Source: Acidobacteriota bacterium
GTDB taxonomy: Bacteria; Acidobacteriota; Vicinamibacteria; Vicinamibacterales; CAVVIG01
Reading direction: 5' to 3'
DNA length: 64,000 nucleotides
NCBI GenBank assembly: GCA_039931615.1
Contig: JBDTRR010000001.1
Location: 214,210 to 278,209, forward strand
Shown: positions 59,128 to 64,000 of the stretch, piece by piece
Layout of the letters: each line of letters opens with the position of its first letter
Numbering within the stretch: position 1 is the stretch's first letter
Translations under genes and position numbers: made by a program
The notes under the pieces: model-generated
Told to the model about the DNA's origin: nothing
Seen by the model: only the letters and a program-made list of their open reading frames with translations
The model's database searches: none

Positions 59128-59718
59128 ATGGCGTGGCGATCGAAGCTGGTGTTTTCAGCGGCGGGTCTGCTGTTGACCGTCTCGGTGCCGGCCGGCCAGA
59201 GAGCTCCAACCAGCTGGCTGGATCGACCGCTGACCAACTGGAACCGGGGCGGCGCCGCCGTGCCTCGCGCTCCAGAGGCCGGCGAAGCCGTCGCCTCCGT
59301 CATCCGGCGCTGCCAGCTGACGCCGCCGCGATCGACGACGGCGGAACGGGCGATCGATGCCGCCGGCTGGATTCCCTTCTGGAACGTCGATCAACAGCTG
59401 GTGCGAGAGGACATCGAGATCATCGCCGGCATGCGCGGGGCCGACGGCATGTGCCGGCCGGTGGACTACAACCTCTTCGTGTTTGTCGGCGGACGCTTCG
59501 CCGGTGTCCTCTCTCCCAGGCCGATGACGTCACGGCTCGACAGTTCGTCCGGCGTCGTGCGGCTGCCGCTACCGGCGATCACCGCGGAGTTCGCGCGCTT
59601 TGCCAGCACCGATCCCCTCTGCTGCCCGTCTTCGCGCGTGACCGTCCGCTATCGCATCGACCGCACGGCCGCCGGGCCGGTCGTCGCGCCGGTGGAGATC
59701 AGGAACACCCGCCCGTAA
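59128..59718 (+). CDS. Exported hypothetical protein
   Basis: ATG 59128. Signal peptide MAWRSKLVFSAAGLLLTVSVPAG. Cys-containing (CQL..CRP..CCPSS). No family recognised. Confidence 0.5.
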   Translation: MAWRSKLVFSAAGLLLTVSVPAGQRAPTSWLDRPLTNWNRGGAAVPRAPEAGEAVASVIRRCQLTPPRSTTAERAIDAAGWIPFWNVDQQLVREDIEIIAGMRGADGMCRPVDYNLFVFVGGRFAGVLSPRPMTSRLDSSSGVVRLPLPAITAEFARFASTDPLCCPSSRVTVRYRIDRTAAGPVVAPVEIRNTRP

Positions 59719-59810
59719 CGTCGGTCGACGACTCCAGCGGCTCGCGGCGTCACCGCCGCGGTTTGGAGAGGGCGTCGGCGGGCTGGACGCGAGGGAGACG
59801 GAGGAAATCG

Positions 59811-61676
59811 ATGAACGCCGCGCAAGCCTATTTCGAACAGCTGAACCGCGCCTACAACGACGTCCACAAGGTCAAGGAGGACCTGTTCTGGGCCACCTAC
59901 ATGGCGATCAGCGACGACCATGCCGGCTTTGCCCGCGCGGAGAATGCCTATAAGGCGTTCATCTCCGATCCGGCCCAACTCCAGGCGACCCGCGCCCATC
60001 TGGCGGACGTCCGCGGCCTGCCTGCCGGCGCGGCGCGCGATGCCCTGCTGCACGGCCTGAGCGGCTGGCTGGCGCTGTTCGAAGCTCACACCATCGACAG
60101 CGACGAGGGCCGCGCGCTGATGCGCGCGATCATCGACGGCGAGTCGGCGCTGTTCGCCAGGAAGCGGGACCTGCAGCTCCGGCACCTCAACGACCGGGGC
60201 GAAAGCGAGGTCGCGACCCTCAGCACGCTCGCCATCAATCAGTCGACAAACCCGGTGGAGGATCGCCGGCACAGCTCGTTCGAGGCCTTCCGCGCGATCG
60301 AGCGGTGGGTCCTCGACAACGGCTTCCTGGAACTGGTGCAGCTCCGCAATCGCTTCGCCCGGTCGCTCGGCTTCTCCACCTACTTCGAGCTCAAGGCGCT
60401 GAAGAACGAGCGGATGGCGCCCGCCCATCTCAAACAGATCCTGGACGACTTCGTCGCACGCACCGACGTGGCCAATGCGCGCACCCTGGCCGAGCTGCAG
60501 GCCGCGCATGGCGAGCAGGCGCTCAGGCCCTGGAACCTGCGCTTTTTCGCCGCCGGTGAAGTGGTGCGCCGGATGGACGAGTACATGCCGTTCGGACTGG
60601 CGCTGCGCCGCTGGGTCGAGAGCTTCCGCCGTCTTGGCATCCGCCACCGCGGCGCCACGCTGCAGCTGGATCTGATAGAGCGTCCGGGCAAGCATCAAAA
60701 CGGCTTCTGCCACAGTCCCGTCCCGGCCTGGATCGATGAAACGGGCCGATGGCACCCCAGCCAGATCAACTTCACCGCCGAGGCCAGGCCCGACCAGGTC
60801 GGCAGCGGTCTGCGTGCCATCAACACCTTGTTCCACGAGGGCGGCCACGCCGCCCACTTCGCCAACGTGGCGCAGAACGCGCCGTGCTTCTCACAGGAGT
60901 ATGCGCCGACGTCGATGGCCTATGCCGAGACGCAGTCGATGTTCTGCGACAGCCTGCTCGGCGACGCCGACTGGCTCAAGCGCTATGCCCGCAATGCGCA
61001 GGGCCAGGCGATCCCGGATGCGCTGATCCGCGATCGCGTCGCCAGCAGCCAGCCGATGCGGGCGTTCGACGAGCGCTCGATCGCGGTCGTGCCCTACTTC
61101 GAGTCGAGGCTCTATCAACTGGACGAAGCGGCGCTCACACCCGAGACGGTGCTGGCCCTGGCGCGGGAGACGGAAGTGCGGCTGCTCGGCATCGAGAGCC
61201 CCCGGCCGATGCTGGCGATCCCGCACCTGCTCAACCAGGAATCGGCCGCCTCCTATCAAGGCTACCTGCTGGCCCACATGGCGGTGTATCAGACACGGGC
61301 CTTCTTTCTGGGCCGCGATGGTTACCTGACCGACAACGGCGCGATCGGGCCGGCACTGGCCAAGCACTACTGGGCGCCGGGGAACAGCGTCGACCACGCC
61401 GCCACCCTGCGCAGCCTCACGGGCGAAGGTTTTTCGCCGCGCTACCTGGCGGAGGAGTGCAACATGTCGACGGAGGCAGCCTGGGTCCGCGCTCAGGCGA
61501 CCATGGCGGCGGCAGCCGCACGTCCGTACGCCCGCGACGAAACGGCGTCACTCGACGCGGACATCCGCGTCGTCCATGGCGCCGAGGTGCTGGCCGACTC
61601 CAGCGCCGGTGAAGACGCGATGTGTGCGCGCTTCGAAGGATGGGTGCGCGACCACTACCCGACGGCGGCGCGCTGA
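59811..61676 (+). CDS. M3-family-like zinc metallopeptidase (oligoendopeptidase-type)
   Basis: ATG 59811 after GGAGG. Zinc motif LFHEGGHAAHF (HExxH). Downstream Glu ligand context AYAETQSMF (compare the E.PSQ motif of M3). ~620 aa. The 226-aa N-terminal extension in the ORF track is rejected. Confidence 0.65.
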   Translation: MNAAQAYFEQLNRAYNDVHKVKEDLFWATYMAISDDHAGFARAENAYKAFISDPAQLQATRAHLADVRGLPAGAARDALLHGLSGWLALFEAHTIDSDEGRALMRAIIDGESALFARKRDLQLRHLNDRGESEVATLSTLAINQSTNPVEDRRHSSFEAFRAIERWVLDNGFLELVQLRNRFARSLGFSTYFELKALKNERMAPAHLKQILDDFVARTDVANARTLAELQAAHGEQALRPWNLRFFAAGEVVRRMDEYMPFGLALRRWVESFRRLGIRHRGATLQLDLIERPGKHQNGFCHSPVPAWIDETGRWHPSQINFTAEARPDQVGSGLRAINTLFHEGGHAAHFANVAQNAPCFSQEYAPTSMAYAETQSMFCDSLLGDADWLKRYARNAQGQAIPDALIRDRVASSQPMRAFDERSIAVVPYFESRLYQLDEAALTPETVLALARETEVRLLGIESPRPMLAIPHLLNQESAASYQGYLLAHMAVYQTRAFFLGRDGYLTDNGAIGPALAKHYWAPGNSVDHAATLRSLTGEGFSPRYLAEECNMSTEAAWVRAQATMAAAAARPYARDETASLDADIRVVHGAEVLADSSAGEDAMCARFEGWVRDHYPTAAR

Positions 61677-61736
61677 AGACCGCCGTCTTTTCCGGCTCAT
61701 CTGCACGAAGCATCCCGGCGGTATGATCAATCTGCC

Positions 61737-62330
61737 GTGGACAACTCGTCCGAAAGCGCGCCCCGTGGACGGCTGCGCGCCCTTTACGACTGGCTGACCG
61801 GAACGCCGGCGCCGCTGCCACCGGGCGACCCGGCGATCGCCCGGATGCGGACGGGCGCGCCCACCCGCATCGCCCACTACGTGATCGCCCGCAAGCTGGG
61901 CGAAGGGGGAATGGGTGTCGTCTATGCGGCGCGCGACGAGCGGCTGGAGCGGATCGTCGCCGTGAAGACGATGTCGGCGTTATCGACGCTCGCCAGCGAC
62001 GACACCGCCCGGAAGCGTTTCTGGCGTGAGGCCCGAGCCGCCGCCAGTGTCAATCACCCGAACATCTGTCAGATCTACGAGATCGGCGAGGACGACGGGC
62101 AGCTGTTCATCGCGATGGAACTGCTCGAGGGTGAGGCGCGGTCGGAACGGCTGCGGCGCGGGCCGTTGAGCGTTTCGCATGCGGTGCCGATCGGGCTCGG
62201 CATCCTGGCCGCGCTGTCGGCGCTGCACGGGCGCGGCATTGTCCACCGGGATCTCAAGCCGTCCAACGTGTTCCTGACGCCGCATGGCGTGAAACTGCTC
62301 GACTTCGGCCTGGCCCGCCCTCAGCCGGAG
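61737..62330 (+). pseudogene. Hanks-type Ser/Thr kinase truncated after the DFG motif (N-lobe plus catalytic loop only)
   Basis: LGEGGMGVVYAA, AVKTM, HRDLKPSNVFL, LLDFGLAR. Homology then ends. The downstream reading frame runs into REP-like repeats with no activation loop or APE. Confidence 0.55.
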
Positions 62331-62419
62331 CCGGCGATCAGCTGGTGGCATTCCGCGAAGCCGGCGGCGAACGGCTTCTCGGCTGGGAGCCACCGAAGCC
62401 TCTGTAAAGACGCCTCATC

Positions 62420-62560
62420 GCACGTGGCGTCCGACCTGGTCGGACTACGGAACAATCCGGCTGAAGCCGGATCCCACGTACTTCGTCGTACGTGGCGTCC
62501 GACTTCAGTCCGACCACGGTCGGATCAATCCGGCCGAAGCCGGACCTCGCGTACGGCGGG
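62420..62560. repeat. Cluster of REP-like hairpin repeats (two ~70-bp units)
   Basis: ACGTGGCGTCCGAC direct repeat (62421 and 62489). Hairpins GTCCGACCTGGTCGGAC, ATCCGGCTGAAGCCGGAT(CCCACGTAC), TCCGGCCGAAGCCGGA. Related to 57140-57168. Confidence 0.5.
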
Positions 62561-62569
62561 AACCATCAG

Positions 62570-64000
62570 CTACGGACGAGGCGTCACCGACACGTTGGTG
62601 AGCGTGACGGTGGTTGCGGCCGAGGCGTTATGGCTGGTCGCCGCCAGCCCGACATAGACAGTCGCCTTCATGGCAATCGTCGCGGTACCCATCACCGTCC
62701 AGGTCGATCCGTTCGTCGATCGATAGGCGGTGAACGTCGAGCCCGCGCGAACCAGCCGGACCCACTGCGGCGCGGCACCGGAGATTCCCCAATTGCTGAC
62801 GTTCGAGCCGCCGGCGGTGACGCGGCGCTGGAAGCTCAACCCGCTCCCCGGCGTTACCAGGGCCATCGCGTTGCGCGCCCCGGCGGTCAGGTCTTCGCGG
62901 ACCATCACGCCAGCCTTGGCCCACGCATCGGTGTTGGTCAGCCCCGTGACGCGGGCGGTGATCTCGCCGTTCCCGTTCAGCGGCTGATAGACGAACCGGA
63001 ACTGGTCCGACGCGTCCCAGATGTCGACGCCGCCTGCCTTCACCGTGAAGGTTCCATTGCTGTGGCTGGCGCTGCCCGCGACTGCCGGTGCGCCGATGTC
63101 GCTGGTGCTCCAGGGTGCGGGGAGCGCGGGGGGCGTCGACGAGCCAGACACGGTGACGGTGGCGGTCGCCGACTTCGCTGTGGCGCCAAGGTTGTCGTAG
63201 GCGACGGCAGTGAGGACGTAGGTGCCGGCGGGGACACCGGTCCAGGTAGCGCTGTACGTGCTGGTGTTGTCGGTCCCGACCAGCGTCGTCCCGTTGTAGA
63301 ACTCAACCTTGGCGACGCTGCCATCCGGGTCACTCGCCGTCGCGGTGAAGGCGATCGAGGCCGGAGCGGTGTAGGTCGTGCCGTTGGCCGGCGCGGTCAG
63401 CGACACGGACGGCAACTGGTTCGACGGCGGCGGCGGGGGCGGAGTGGACCCTCCGCCGTACTCGTCCGCGCCATAGTCTGCCGCGGCGCCCTGCGGGCGG
63501 CTGTTGCCGTCCCAGTCCGTCGTCGCGTTCGCACGCACCGCGACCTTGTCGATGGCCGCGGTGGCGCTGGCGAGGAGATGAAGGTCGCCCGCTGCGGGGC
63601 CGACGAACATCGCCGCGGTGGCGCTGGTGTAGTTGGAGCTGGCGGTGCCGGTGGCGCCGTCGCGCGCCTGAATCTGGCCGCTCGCCAGGTTGCTGGCGAC
63701 GACGACGTTCCTGCTTTCGGCGAAGCGATACTCGACGGCGTTCGGGTAGGTGCCGTTCAGCACGATGGTGTTATGCACGACCTGGGTATTCGGCGAGGAC
63801 GCGACGAGAATCGCGGCGTCGCCGGCAATTCCCGATCGCCGGTAGATGAAATTATTGCGCACCACCCCGCCGGAGTGATCGTTCGGGCTGCGTTGAATCA
63901 GGCCCATCGAGATCTCGCGCTGGCAGTTGATGAAGGTGTTGCCCTCGACCGTCGCGTTGCTGCTGCCGTTCCACATCAGCACGGCCGGCCCGGCCAGCAT
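62570..64000 (-). CDS. Secreted right-handed beta-helix protein with Ig-like domain and C-terminal beta-sandwich (partial; 5' end beyond window)
   Basis: Beta-helix repeats (NNFIY, HNTIVLNG, VVASNLASG). Pro/Gly linker GGGSTPPPPPPSN. Ig-like (VSLTAPANGTTYTAPASIAFTATASDPDGSVAKVEFYNGTTLVGTD). C-terminal domain. Confidence 0.7.
   Translation of the reverse strand: MLAGPAVLMWNGSSNATVEGNTFINCQREISMGLIQRSPNDHSGGVVRNNFIYRRSGIAGDAAILVASSPNTQVVHNTIVLNGTYPNAVEYRFAESRNVVVASNLASGQIQARDGATGTASSNYTSATAAMFVGPAAGDLHLLASATAAIDKVAVRANATTDWDGNSRPQGAAADYGADEYGGGSTPPPPPPSNQLPSVSLTAPANGTTYTAPASIAFTATASDPDGSVAKVEFYNGTTLVGTDNTSTYSATWTGVPAGTYVLTAVAYDNLGATAKSATATVTVSGSSTPPALPAPWSTSDIGAPAVAGSASHSNGTFTVKAGGVDIWDASDQFRFVYQPLNGNGEITARVTGLTNTDAWAKAGVMVREDLTAGARNAMALVTPGSGLSFQRRVTAGGSNVSNWGISGAAPQWVRLVRAGSTFTAYRSTNGSTWTVMGTATIAMKATVYVGLAATSHNASAATTVTLTNVSVTPRP

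Noticed and set aside
59133-59810. 226-aa N-terminal extension of the 847-aa ORF called for the metallopeptidase
   Set aside because: It overlaps the exported-protein gene 59128..59718 in another frame. A strong GGAGG-ATG start occurs at 59811 where peptidase homology begins.
1-64000. Search for rRNA, tRNA, CRISPR arrays, IS elements/transposases or integrases
   Set aside because: No cloverleaf-type or rRNA-like conserved stretches, no regular repeat-spacer arrays and no transposase/integrase-like ORFs were seen. Only REP-like hairpins and gene remnants.

Overview
The window is a high-GC (~68-70%) bacterial chromosomal segment with high GC3 codon usage. It looks Gram-negative, because it carries outer-membrane beta-barrels, a TonB-dependent receptor, an OmpA-like protein and a BACON lipoprotein. 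A soil-type taxon (Acidobacteria/Gemmatimonadota-like) is only an inference. It is densely coding in long same-strand runs. Many long ORFs in the six-frame track are antisense or alternative-frame artefacts typical of high-GC DNA. The supportable content is as follows. Signal transduction: an operon on the minus strand encodes an ABM-PAS histidine kinase, a REC-HisKA-HATPase hybrid kinase and a globin-like sensor protein. There is also a 1254-aa tandem double hybrid kinase, two Hanks-type Ser/Thr kinases plus kinase remnants, and LysR, AraC and ArsR regulators. Many exported or redox proteins are present, including two di-heme c-type cytochromes, a tannase/feruloyl esterase, two right-handed beta-helix proteins, a B3 metallo-beta-lactamase homologue and a DUF885 protein. 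Transport is represented by a TupABC-like ABC transporter, two MFS pumps and NhaA. Also present are a flotillin, an SDR, a GT1 glycosyltransferase and an M3-like metallopeptidase. The window also has a vapBC toxin-antitoxin pair and an orphan DNA methyltransferase. Two candidate systems stand out. The first is a 60-aa lysine-rich ORF with a GGAGG RBS, 5 bp upstream of a B12-binding radical SAM enzyme that has a C-terminal PqqD/RRE-like peptide-binding domain; this is a RiPP-like precursor/maturase module. The second is a two-gene operon of a SLOG/LOG/DprA-like Rossmann protein and a patatin-like phospholipase, which resembles a nucleotide-sensor/effector conflict module without a CD-NTase. Further observations: a ~1.7 kb low-GC island carries a divergent stand-alone protein-kinase-like gene. 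Two complementary halves of a Ser/Thr kinase lie 56 kb apart on opposite strands, consistent with one inversion. There are several gene-remnant junctions, a REP-like repeat family and a palindromic operator candidate at the ArsR gene. No rRNA, tRNA or CRISPR was recognised.
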